DNA of 64,000 nt from a virus (lineage: Duplodnaviria > Caudoviricetes). Shown piece by piece: positions 1-8,618 of this stretch; the first letter of the stretch is position 1; the number at the start of each line of letters is the position of its first letter. The stretch covers positions 1 to 64,000 of IMG/VR virus record IMGVR_UViG_2974547928_000001. One strand, 5' to 3'. The notes under the pieces are model-generated. The model did no database searches and had not been told where the DNA came from. It saw nothing but the letters and a program-made list of their open reading frames with translations. The position numbers and the translations under genes are program-made.

Positions 1-204
1 GTCCCAATAACAGGGGGTGATAGTTTAGTCTCGTTACCGCCCCTGTGTGGAACTATAACGTTACGTTACTATCACTGTTATTTATGATAGCTACTCTCAA
101 CAGTCGCATTGAGTAGCTATCACCTAACGTTATCATTTCTTAATGTAACTATAACTCAACCTTTCAATCGTCCAGCGTTATTATAGTTACCGTTTATTGT
201 TTAG

Positions 205-924
205 CTATGCAACCTTTTCTATCTGTGATCGTTTCGCTAGGGTGCTAACAGTAGTTGATAACGATTCTTGTTCTTCTACTGTTAACGTTTCCCATAGGCG
301 GGCAATGTTTTCTTCTAAGATTTCGGGGTCACTAAAATCTGTTAACATCTCATCAAGAAAATCTTCTCCCGCAATAGTTGCCCCAATGCCGATAATATCA
401 TTTAATAGGGTGGCATCAACAGCGCGGAAACCTTTTTCAATAGCAACCGCCAGTACACCTTTATGATCATCAATCATAGTTATAGTTGCGTTAGGGTACA
501 TTTCACGAATGCGATCAAAGTAGAATCCTTTATATTCCCCATCTTTACAGCGATAAATGCTTAATACTTCATCTAGATCAAAGTATTTATGCAGACGGTC
601 ACGGCTCATTAAAGAGCACGCTTGCTTAGTGCTAGTAATAAGCCCATGTTTACGCAAGAAGTAGTAGTCACTCTTGCTCATTGTTCGTGCGGTGATAACG
701 ATGTTATGCGTACCGTCTAACTTTTGGTAGGCTTTCATAATCTCCGCTAGAGGTAGCAAGCTATCGGTCATAACCTTGTCATGAGTGCAAGCTGTATTGA
801 TATATTTCTGCAAGTCTAGATTGCCGTTAGCGTCAAGGCAAGGCGACACGCGACCAAAGGAATTTATGACCGTACCGTCTAAATCCCATAACATCACATT
901 CTTAACATGTGGGTAACATTTCAT
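205..924 (-). CDS. dmp: Deoxynucleoside-5'-monophosphatase (T5 Dmp, HAD family)
   Basis: HAD motif I WDLDGT, ITAR motif II, IDD motif; first gene of the T5-like pre-early region. Confidence 0.9.
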   Translation of the reverse strand: MKCYPHVKNVMLWDLDGTVINSFGRVSPCLDANGNLDLQKYINTACTHDKVMTDSLLPLAEIMKAYQKLDGTHNIVITARTMSKSDYYFLRKHGLITSTKQACSLMSRDRLHKYFDLDEVLSIYRCKDGEYKGFYFDRIREMYPNATITMIDDHKGVLAVAIEKGFRAVDATLLNDIIGIGATIAGEDFLDEMLTDFSDPEILEENIARLWETLTVEEQESLSTTVSTLAKRSQIEKVA

Positions 925-989
925 TTTAAACCAGCTCCTAATTAAAGGGAAAATATAAAGCCCTATACGGCAAGGGCTTTATTATACAA

Positions 990-1439
990 TTATTTATCAA
1001 GGGGCACAATGTAAATATTAACCATATCGCCTACGGAGTAGGTTGTGCCTAATGCAGTATATTCAACAATATCAAATTTATCTGAGTCGGATAAATCAAT
1101 CACTAACTTAGAGAGAACGTTCTCAAAATTAGACAATTCTTTGCCCCATATTGATTCATGAGCTGTTACTTCAAGGTTAGTAAGCCCATCTGCTAAAATA
1201 TCTAACTCTACGCCAGTGCTAGAATATATGGTTAAATTATTAGTTACAAAAGAATTTTCACTCTTTGAAAACTCGTGAATATCTTCTACCTCTGAGCTAA
1301 TTTCCACTTGCTCATTATGGTAAATTAACAACGGTCTGCCGTACTCATTGACCGATGCGTGGATAGATTCTAACACGATGTTTTTTGCGTGCCATTGTCT
1401 GCCGTTACTGTAAGTTAATACTATATCAACTAAGGTCAT
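990..1439 (-). CDS. Pre-early hypothetical protein
   Basis: 149-aa ORF with AGGAG RBS, co-oriented with dmp. Confidence 0.75.
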   Translation of the reverse strand: MTLVDIVLTYSNGRQWHAKNIVLESIHASVNEYGRPLLIYHNEQVEISSEVEDIHEFSKSENSFVTNNLTIYSSTGVELDILADGLTNLEVTAHESIWGKELSNFENVLSKLVIDLSDSDKFDIVEYTALGTTYSVGDMVNIYIVPLDK

Positions 1440-1514
1440 TTTTTAAACTCCTTAAAGGAATGAAAGGGAAAGTAAAACAACTACTATAAAATAGATTAAA
1501 AACGGTGGCACTTG

Positions 1515-1817
1515 TTAAACCTCAAACATATCGTTACCATCATTATCAACAGCAATAACTTCTGAGCGAATAAGTAACTGCTCTTTGCATTCTGCTACGT
1601 GCTGAATTTTATCAGTGTCGCTTAAATTGTTCCAATCTTCTAGACACATATTAGTATCAATATACACTTCTAGACTATTGCAACTATCAGCATCAAAGAC
1701 GGTAAATTTAAGATATACGCTGATATCGCTTAAATCATCGTTACCGCACTCGGGGCATTTGTCTTGAGTATCTGACAATGCCCCACACTCACAAAGATAA
1801 GATTGTTTGCCTTGCAT
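1515..1817 (-). CDS. Hypothetical protein, N-terminal zinc ribbon
   Basis: CECG...CPECG; C-terminal half resembles 1828..2025. Confidence 0.75.
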   Translation of the reverse strand: MQGKQSYLCECGALSDTQDKCPECGNDDLSDISVYLKFTVFDADSCNSLEVYIDTNMCLEDWNNLSDTDKIQHVAECKEQLLIRSEVIAVDNDGNDMFEV

Positions 1818-1827
1818 ACTATTTACC

Positions 1828-2025
1828 TTATAACTTGTAACCGTCAGAATTTTGAGCTAACCAGCTGATATGCTCATTTAAGCATTCTTTGGCAATCTCA
1901 TAGCCAACGTTATCTTTCTCCTCATCAGATAAGGCTTGCCACTCCTTAACTGTGTAGTCGGTTTCTTCTAAGTGCTCTGCACCTACAAAACCAAAACTTA
2001 CCGCAATAACAACGTTATCACTCAT
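1828..2025 (-). CDS. Small hypothetical protein
   Basis: 65-aa ORF, TAAGG RBS. Confidence 0.7.
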   Translation of the reverse strand: MSDNVVIAVSFGFVGAEHLEETDYTVKEWQALSDEEKDNVGYEIAKECLNEHISWLAQNSDGYKL

Positions 2026-2072
2026 AACTTAGTACCTTATAAAGTGGGCTTCCCTGCCCTGTTTGGTGTCTA

Positions 2073-3791
2073 TTAAAAGAATCGACCGTTAACAACGTTT
2101 AATAACATACGCTGACCATTTTTAAAGGTTACGATATGGCTCTGAGTCCATGAAGTACCGCCGATATTATAGCCCATATCTTTTAAGCCCGAAACGCCAG
2201 CCGTCCAGACGTTATCTAGGATAGACGCCGAATGAGTGTGACCTGTATTCATAGGCATAAACATTTTTGTATAGCCTTTAGCGCTACCGCGCGAGCCGTT
2301 AATTCCGTTGTGACCATGAAAGCCCATAGCAACGCCAGCAACCGTAAAATCTTCGTCAACGCTTAGATAACGAATGTTATCAATATCTAAACCGCCAATG
2401 TTATTTAACGCGTGTTCAAGTGCGTTGAACTCCTTGCCAGCCTTGAGCGCTTCGAACTTAGCTAAGTTTAAGCTATGGTAAGTAATGGCATTAGCTGGAT
2501 CATATCCCACTTTATAGTCGCGGTCTGTTAGCCAGCGCGTTAATGCTAAATCATGGTTAGATTCAACAATTACTAGCGTAGTGTCTTGGTTTTCTGCGAT
2601 TTGCTCTAATACGTTAGCAGTATCTCGCAAATCATCTTCTACGCTACGACCGCCATTTTCACGACCTAGTAACCATTGTTCAAACAAGAAATCAGGGTTA
2701 TTTCGGTTATGGTGGTTACGGCTCATAAAGTCGATTACATCATGAATACATGTATAAACAGGCTTCAATAAACGTGATAGGCTATACGGATAATCCATAT
2801 CCCAACTAATTTCTGCCACTAGAGGATCGACTTTCTCCGCGTGAATATCCCCGTATTGGATAGCCGACACTGGGCGATCTTCATCAACATTAACTAAATC
2901 AATGCTATCTGGAGTAACATAAATAACGTCGTTACCGTCAAAATCATAAAACGCCCCCGTATCATCAACCGACTGAATTTGTCTAACGTGGTGATAGCCG
3001 TCCTCGTCCATAGTAACGATTAAAGCCCCGTATGTATGGAAAGGCTCAACTTTTTGACCTGCTTTTTTACCGCGATAGTTACGTTGCGTTAGTGTACCAG
3101 TACCGAAAATTTGGCGACTATCACAACCTTTAGCAACTGGCAAGGATTCACTATCCTGTTTAACAGTACCAAAAGCACCACTTGCATTAGGTGGCAAGAT
3201 ACCGCCTAATCCCTGAATAGGGAATCTAGCGCTAGGCGTGATATTAGTTTTTGCTAGGAAACAAAACCCGTTATTACCTAAATACACGTTTTCGTTAATT
3301 AACGTAGAGCGTATTTCTTCGGGGTAGCGGTGTTCGAGTCTATCCATCTTCTTAAATTCTGTAAGCGCATAAGTAACGCTATTTGTTAGGATAGGCGCAT
3401 TAAGATAATCAGACAAGCGCTTCAATGCTAACCAGAACGGCTTATTTAAATCAGTGTTATTTTGCGCACTGGTTAATATCCAACAATTACCGTCTAGCGT
3501 TTCCCAACGTTCCCACTCATTGTTAAGAATACCGTCCGAAACTGGGCGTGTATCTTCTTTGATTGCCCTTTCTCGCTTTGTGGCAACTTTTACGGGGCGG
3601 TTTTCCTCGTACCAATCCATTAAATCGGTACTAGATATTTCTCTGCCAGTGTCTTTATGAAACGCGCTAGCCACTTGCTCACATACGCCTAACTTGCTTT
3701 CTAGGATTCGCTTTCCATAGAAATTTAAATCTTGAGCCATTTTTGCTAGGCATTCTTTATGAGCTTTAGACAGCGATTCGATTTTATACAT
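2073..3791 (-). CDS. A1: A1 protein (second-step transfer/host DNA degradation; metallophosphoesterase-like C-terminus)
   Basis: 572 aa; GDIH, ESNHD, HGH and GHTH motifs; position and length as T5 A1. Confidence 0.9.
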   Translation of the reverse strand: MYKIESLSKAHKECLAKMAQDLNFYGKRILESKLGVCEQVASAFHKDTGREISSTDLMDWYEENRPVKVATKRERAIKEDTRPVSDGILNNEWERWETLDGNCWILTSAQNNTDLNKPFWLALKRLSDYLNAPILTNSVTYALTEFKKMDRLEHRYPEEIRSTLINENVYLGNNGFCFLAKTNITPSARFPIQGLGGILPPNASGAFGTVKQDSESLPVAKGCDSRQIFGTGTLTQRNYRGKKAGQKVEPFHTYGALIVTMDEDGYHHVRQIQSVDDTGAFYDFDGNDVIYVTPDSIDLVNVDEDRPVSAIQYGDIHAEKVDPLVAEISWDMDYPYSLSRLLKPVYTCIHDVIDFMSRNHHNRNNPDFLFEQWLLGRENGGRSVEDDLRDTANVLEQIAENQDTTLVIVESNHDLALTRWLTDRDYKVGYDPANAITYHSLNLAKFEALKAGKEFNALEHALNNIGGLDIDNIRYLSVDEDFTVAGVAMGFHGHNGINGSRGSAKGYTKMFMPMNTGHTHSASILDNVWTAGVSGLKDMGYNIGGTSWTQSHIVTFKNGQRMLLNVVNGRFF

Positions 3792-3866
3792 TTATTACAC
3801 TCCTATTTATTAGGGAAATTAACAGCATTGTAGAAAGCCACTATAATTTAATGGCTTTATATAATA

Positions 3867-4046
3867 CTAACTAACACTTAGAACATAAGCCCCATAACCT
3901 GTAAATCCAGCCCCTAGGATAACAAATACCATACCTAGGAGCGCTATATAAGGGCGATTATAGGTATAACCTACACTGACCTGATATAGCCCGTTAATGA
4001 ATGCAACTATCCCACTAATGAACGTAACAAGGGCGCTAGTATCCAT
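3867..4046 (-). CDS. 59-aa two-helix membrane protein between A1 and A2
   Basis: Hand-translated MDTSALVTFISGIVAFINGLY...GAYVLSVS; GAGG RBS; not in the ORF track. Confidence 0.65.
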   Translation of the reverse strand: MDTSALVTFISGIVAFINGLYQVSVGYTYNRPYIALLGMVFVILGAGFTGYGAYVLSVS

Positions 4047-4198
4047 GAATTTACATACCTCACTATTAAGAACACTTTAAAAAGCCCCTTCATACCAAAG
4101 GGGTAGATTAAAGAACTCTATCAAAGTAAGCACGTTTACGAGGTGACGATTTGCTTATTAATACGCCCATACTAGATAGGCGTATTGTATAAGGAAAC

Positions 4199-4648
4199 TT
4201 ATTCTAAGTTATTTAATGCTTTGATAGCATCTTCATCTAAGCCGAAACCTTGCGCGATGATCATCAGGCTATCCATTTTCGCACTTTCTAATGATAACAA
4301 TGGGTTGTTAGTTGCGCTCTTAACTTCGCCCATATCTTCAACTTGTCCTAACTCCTCGATAGTTTTCGCAATAGCGAATACTACGTGAGCTTTACGAATG
4401 CTAGAGCCAGCACCAACTTTGCGTGGTGAAGATGGTTTAACGTACACTTTAGCATTAACTAACTTAGTGCGAACTGAATGAGGTGACGGATTATCAACCA
4501 ATTCACCGATGCGGGTTAAGTTATCCGTGTTATTAGCACGTAAAATCGCATCGGCTTCTGTTTCGCCGTCCTGCGGTACTAAATCAGCTTGATATGCTTC
4601 GACAACGATAGCAGTGTTTTCATCAGTCCAACCGAATTTAATAGACAT
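4199..4648 (-). CDS. A2: A2 DNA-binding protein (second-step transfer)
   Basis: KFGWTDENT, SVRTKL and PRKVGAGSSIRKAH match the T5 A2 pattern. Confidence 0.9.
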   Translation of the reverse strand: MSIKFGWTDENTAIVVEAYQADLVPQDGETEADAILRANNTDNLTRIGELVDNPSPHSVRTKLVNAKVYVKPSSPRKVGAGSSIRKAHVVFAIAKTIEELGQVEDMGEVKSATNNPLLSLESAKMDSLMIIAQGFGLDEDAIKALNNLE

Positions 4649-4799
4649 AATTTTGTAACTCCTAAATAGTTTTTAAAGGGAAATTATAACACACTATTGT
4701 GTTATTAAATAGGGTACTATCTAAAGTGCCCTATAAATTAACACATCAAGTAAGTAAAGCATTCAATGGCAATGAATTCTGTTAGCGTGTTTTTCTAAA

Positions 4800-4857
4800 T
4801 TGTTAAAGAGCGTTGTTTCTATACCGCTTATTATACATCAACCGTTAACCTTGTCAA
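4800..4857 (-). promoter_or_regulatory. Sigma70 promoter followed by boxA
   Basis: TTGACA-16-TATAAT, then CGCTCTTTAACAA at 4812-4800. Confidence 0.8.
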
Positions 4858-4888
4858 GCATTTATTTACTATCTAATTTTAACGGGAT

Positions 4889-4944
4889 TTTTAAAGAGCG
4901 ATCAATCTAGAGCTTATTATAGGTGACTCAATTTTGTTTGTCAA
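4889..4944 (-). promoter_or_regulatory. Sigma70 promoter followed by boxA
   Basis: TTGACA-17-TATAAT, then CGCTCTTTAAAA. Confidence 0.8.
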
Positions 4945-4948
4945 CCAA

Positions 4949-5263
4949 TTATTTAATGTTTGTTGTAATATCACAAACTTTTGTAATGCCTGCTAATACT
5001 GCTAACGCTCTATTTACCTGATAATCATCAAGTAGTAAGTAGTTAGCTTTGTAGTGGTCTAAGATATCGCTTCGAGTACACTCTAGCCCTGTTTGCGCGT
5101 CCTGCCCGTTTTCTATAAAGAATGCAAATGCTAAAGATAATGTTTCTGCATGAGTATTTGCATAATCTATATCTAATATCTCTTTACGGGTTGCCGTAGG
5201 GTATAAATGCTTAATAGCATCATTGGAATCAATAACATCAATTAAATCAAGTTTAAGAGACAT
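4949..5263 (-). CDS. Pre-early hypothetical protein
   Basis: 104-aa ORF, GGAGG RBS. Confidence 0.75.
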   Translation of the reverse strand: MSLKLDLIDVIDSNDAIKHLYPTATRKEILDIDYANTHAETLSLAFAFFIENGQDAQTGLECTRSDILDHYKANYLLLDDYQVNRALAVLAGITKVCDITTNIK

Positions 5264-5266
5264 ATT

Positions 5267-5545
5267 TTACACCTCCGCAATAATTAAGTCACGGGCTTTT
5301 TGAAGCATACAAATGTTATTCCATGCTAGATAAGCCTCTTTAGGGTACGTGCTGACGTTAGGCTTGCCATTATTGAAGAAGTCGCTTAGAATATCTTCAT
5401 ATTCTTTCGCTACTACTTGGTAAGCAGTGCGGGCATCATCTTCATTCATGTAAGCGTCAATTCCTGCTAAGAGAATTTTTGTTTCGTCTGAGCACTCTTG
5501 CTTTGCAAGTAGAAACATAGCTTCAATTAGTGTTAATTCTTTCAT
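5267..5545 (-). CDS. Pre-early hypothetical protein
   Basis: 92-aa ORF downstream of promoter and boxA. Confidence 0.75.
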   Translation of the reverse strand: MKELTLIEAMFLLAKQECSDETKILLAGIDAYMNEDDARTAYQVVAKEYEDILSDFFNNGKPNVSTYPKEAYLAWNNICMLQKARDLIIAEV

Positions 5546-5589
5546 AGTAATTCACCCCGTTAGTGGTGAGTCACCTATAATAAGCCAGA

Positions 5590-5651
5590 TTGTTAAAGAG
5601 CGTTGTTACTTGGTACGCTTTCTATTATCCACATTCTAATTATATTGTCAA
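5590..5651 (-). promoter_or_regulatory. Sigma70 promoter plus boxA; DnaA box overlapping -10
   Basis: TTGACA-16-GATAAT; boxA 5602-5590; TTATCCACA at 5625-5633. Confidence 0.75.
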
Positions 5652-5764
5652 GCGGTTATTTTCGAGAATCTTAAAAGTTTTCTTACTAAAGGCTTTCGCC
5701 TAAACTCCGCGCTCGTACTCGCTAGTAAGAAGCCTACCGATAACCAGTAAACCAGAATGTTAGA

Positions 5765-5851
5765 TTTTTAAAGAGCGGTGTTGCTTGGTACGCTTATAAA
5801 TATACTCTAATAGATAATTAGTGCAAGTATTTATTTGTAAAGAAATGTAAA
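5765..5851 (-). promoter_or_regulatory. Sigma70 promoter plus boxA, with upstream CpxR-consensus box
   Basis: TTGCAC-16-TATATT; boxA 5777-5765; GTAAA-N5-GTAAA at 5837-5851. Confidence 0.65.
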
Positions 5852-5920
5852 GGCTCTTAAAGCTGGTGGATTAATAGAACGTGCGTATGCGTAACACATC
5901 TATTTTAATCTGTCAATACA

Positions 5921-5936
5921 CTGTATATTTATACAG
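5921..5936. promoter_or_regulatory. LexA (SOS) box
   Basis: CTGTATATTTATACAG, perfect CTGT-N8-ACAG with AT spacer. Confidence 0.65.
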
Positions 5937-6098
5937 TATGCCCTAGAACGTCCTAGAATCGACTCTAGGCGATTTTATCTAGAAGCTATACGTTAGTATC
6001 AAAACAAAAAGATCTCGATTTAGCACTTTTTGCTAAACAAAGTTATTGACTTTATGCTACGCGCGTGCGCTCTATATTCATTTATAAGCGATTGCGTC

Positions 6099-6193
6099 TT
6101 TACACTTCTTTACAATTAAACACTTGCGTTAAAATCTAAAAGGGGTATAGTTAATCACATCGAAAGGCAACAACTCGATACGCTCTTTAACAA
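6099..6193 (+). promoter_or_regulatory. Rightward pre-early promoter plus boxA, with upstream CpxR-consensus box
   Basis: TTTAC-N5-TTTAC 6099-6113; TTGCGT-16-TATAGT; CGCTCTTTAACAA 6181-6193. Confidence 0.7.
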
Positions 6194-6212
6194 TTTAATA
6201 AGGTGATTACTC

Positions 6213-7406
6213 ATGACTCCGCTTGATTTAAGCAGTTTAAGAGGGGTTAGCTGGAAAACTACTATCACAAAGCTACTAGGAGATAAACCATCTCAAACTT
6301 TAAATAATGATAAAGTGTTTAGCTTTTGTAGTGATAACCCACTATACCTCGGAAATATTCCCCTTGATTCCATAACAGGGGCAAATATATCTAACAGTCA
6401 AGTAGCTAACAGTATCATTAGCGCGTTTGCTATTCAAGTTTTAGATGCAAAGAATGCTAGTGAAGCCAATGCAATTAACCCCATTGTTATCTACTCACCG
6501 CTTAATCTTCTAACATTCGATTATGATTGGCTAGAAGATATGCCGTCGAATGCTATCGGGGGCGCTAACGTTTTATTATTAGTGCCAGCTCATAGCGGTA
6601 GAAATACTTATGTATCGTACTATTGGGGCAATACAGTAAAATCCCCTAGTAAAATTAGTGACAAAGGAATTAATTTCTTTGCACTAGGCGGTTATATAGG
6701 CACGACAATTTTACAACAACTGGCGCAATTTAGCGGTAATGTAACTGGTGAGCTATCTAGCGCACTGTTTAGAGATCAGCTATCTGCAAGATGGGATAGC
6801 TTAGAATTATCTGATAGCTACCTACGTGATATAGAGTGTAGCTATTATTCAGGCGCATCTAGAGCGTGTAACGTACTGAAAGCGGAATCATTTAATGATC
6901 CCCGTGGTTTATCAGACTTGCATTCTGTGGGTGTACTATTACCAAACAATAACCTGATTTTCCCTAGCTCCGTTGATGAGAGTCTATTACAGGCAAAATC
7001 TATTCCAAATCAATCCGTTACTAAAACAGGAAATAACACAATGAAACTATCACTAGCACAAATTATCGAGCAAAACAAAGATAGCGCAATCCAAGCTGGA
7101 AAGCTAGAAGCTGGGCGCACTGTAAACCAACAATTAGGCGCTGTTATGGCTAAATCCTTGCCTTTGATGGTGCGCGGTTATGCTCAAACTGAGTTAGGGC
7201 ATTTAGTAGTTGCTAACCTTTTCTTATTAGCGGTGCAAAACTTTGCAAACGATAATAAGGTAGCTATGGCGTTAGCTGAAAGTGCTGTAAATTCAGCATC
7301 TTATGAGCTATTACGCGGTTTAGATATCCCTAAACTGATTGACGATGTTGTTAAAGGCGTGCCTAGCGCTCAACTTAGCAACCTATTAACTAAGGGAGAG
7401 GAGTAA
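6213..7406 (+). CDS. Pre-early hypothetical protein, possible internal start at 7041
   Basis: 397-aa ORF, TAAGG RBS; first gene of the rightward block. Confidence 0.8.
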   Translation: MTPLDLSSLRGVSWKTTITKLLGDKPSQTLNNDKVFSFCSDNPLYLGNIPLDSITGANISNSQVANSIISAFAIQVLDAKNASEANAINPIVIYSPLNLLTFDYDWLEDMPSNAIGGANVLLLVPAHSGRNTYVSYYWGNTVKSPSKISDKGINFFALGGYIGTTILQQLAQFSGNVTGELSSALFRDQLSARWDSLELSDSYLRDIECSYYSGASRACNVLKAESFNDPRGLSDLHSVGVLLPNNNLIFPSSVDESLLQAKSIPNQSVTKTGNNTMKLSLAQIIEQNKDSAIQAGKLEAGRTVNQQLGAVMAKSLPLMVRGYAQTELGHLVVANLFLLAVQNFANDNKVAMALAESAVNSASYELLRGLDIPKLIDDVVKGVPSAQLSNLLTKGEE

Positions 7407-7412
7407 AAAATA

Positions 7413-7808
7413 ATGGCACGGTTTACATTAGAGCGCTTTCGTGCTAAGGTAAATCGTGACGGTACGCCATTTTATTTATTGCCTCGCTTATCCCTGACGG
7501 GGCAATTATTTAGTATACTAGAGGGCTACCAGCTAGGAACTATTAAGCGTGAAGAATCCGTCACGGTGATCTATGGTCGAGCGTCTACGGTAGTTAATGA
7601 AAGTATTGTAGCGCACCTATTAGATATCATTGAGTCAATAGGCAATGAAAACGCCATCACATTTGCAACGTTTCAGGGTGAAAGTTTTCCTATTGACAGC
7701 GTTAGAGATATAGAGTATCTTTTCACTTGTGGTAACTTTGTAATCTTACAAAATGGCGCACTAGGTATAAAACTTCGCTTATGGGGCGATATAGGGGGCA
7801 ACGATTGA
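7413..7808 (+). CDS. Hypothetical protein
   Basis: 131-aa ORF, GAGGAG RBS. Confidence 0.75.
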   Translation: MARFTLERFRAKVNRDGTPFYLLPRLSLTGQLFSILEGYQLGTIKREESVTVIYGRASTVVNESIVAHLLDIIESIGNENAITFATFQGESFPIDSVRDIEYLFTCGNFVILQNGALGIKLRLWGDIGGND

Positions 7809-7984
7809 ACAACTAATAAATATATTAGTTAACTTCGCTAAGGGCACTAAGCCCACTTTGTATATAGTAACCATCTTAGGGCTTGTTATATTTTACAAGT
7901 TTATAACCTTTGACTGGTCGCAATATTGGAACTATTAAATTAAACTAGGCGCTAGAATGCGCCTAACAAAATAAGGTGTCTATT

Positions 7985-8533
7985 ATGAAAAATTTAACTA
8001 AGTTATCTTTAACTATGCCTAAATTTGCACGCTATTTATCAGTAGCAGTTAGCAACGGCATTTTATCTTTATCTGGCGCGGAACAAGTAGCCAGCCTTAT
8101 CAATCAATACCCGCAAATCGTGCCACTCAATAAAGATGGGAAAACCCAAGATTTCCCAAGTTTAGACTTTGCACTAAATTGGCGTGAGATTATGGACGTA
8201 GTAGAAAACAACCCTACGGCTATTGACCTAGACGCCTTGATTGCAAGCGTTACTGATACGGCGGTGGCTCACACCATTAAACAGCTAGAAGATGCGGTAG
8301 TAGATGCCAGCGATTGCCTGTCTAAAGAGCGTCAAGCATCTAACACGGTGCATAAAGCACCTAACGTGTTTAGCTGGCTTAACCATGTGTTTATCGCTAA
8401 CGGTTTATTTTGTGCCGATATGCTAGACTTTGAAGAAACTTTTATTTTCTGCATGGTCAGCGGTTGCGAATCCAAGTATGAGGAGAACTGCCAGCTAGAT
8501 GATGCACCTCTTTACCCTGATTTCTTCAAATAA
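7985..8533 (+). CDS. Hypothetical protein, paralog of 8619..9104
   Basis: ATG at 7985 after TAAGG; shared N-terminal motifs. Confidence 0.8.
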   Translation: MKNLTKLSLTMPKFARYLSVAVSNGILSLSGAEQVASLINQYPQIVPLNKDGKTQDFPSLDFALNWREIMDVVENNPTAIDLDALIASVTDTAVAHTIKQLEDAVVDASDCLSKERQASNTVHKAPNVFSWLNHVFIANGLFCADMLDFEETFIFCMVSGCESKYEENCQLDDAPLYPDFFK

Positions 8534-8618
8534 TAGCTTGACAGCAGTCAGTAGTTAGTAGTATATTACTCATTACGGGGCGAATAGGTCGCCCCTACCA
8601 AAATAAGGTGTCTATATT

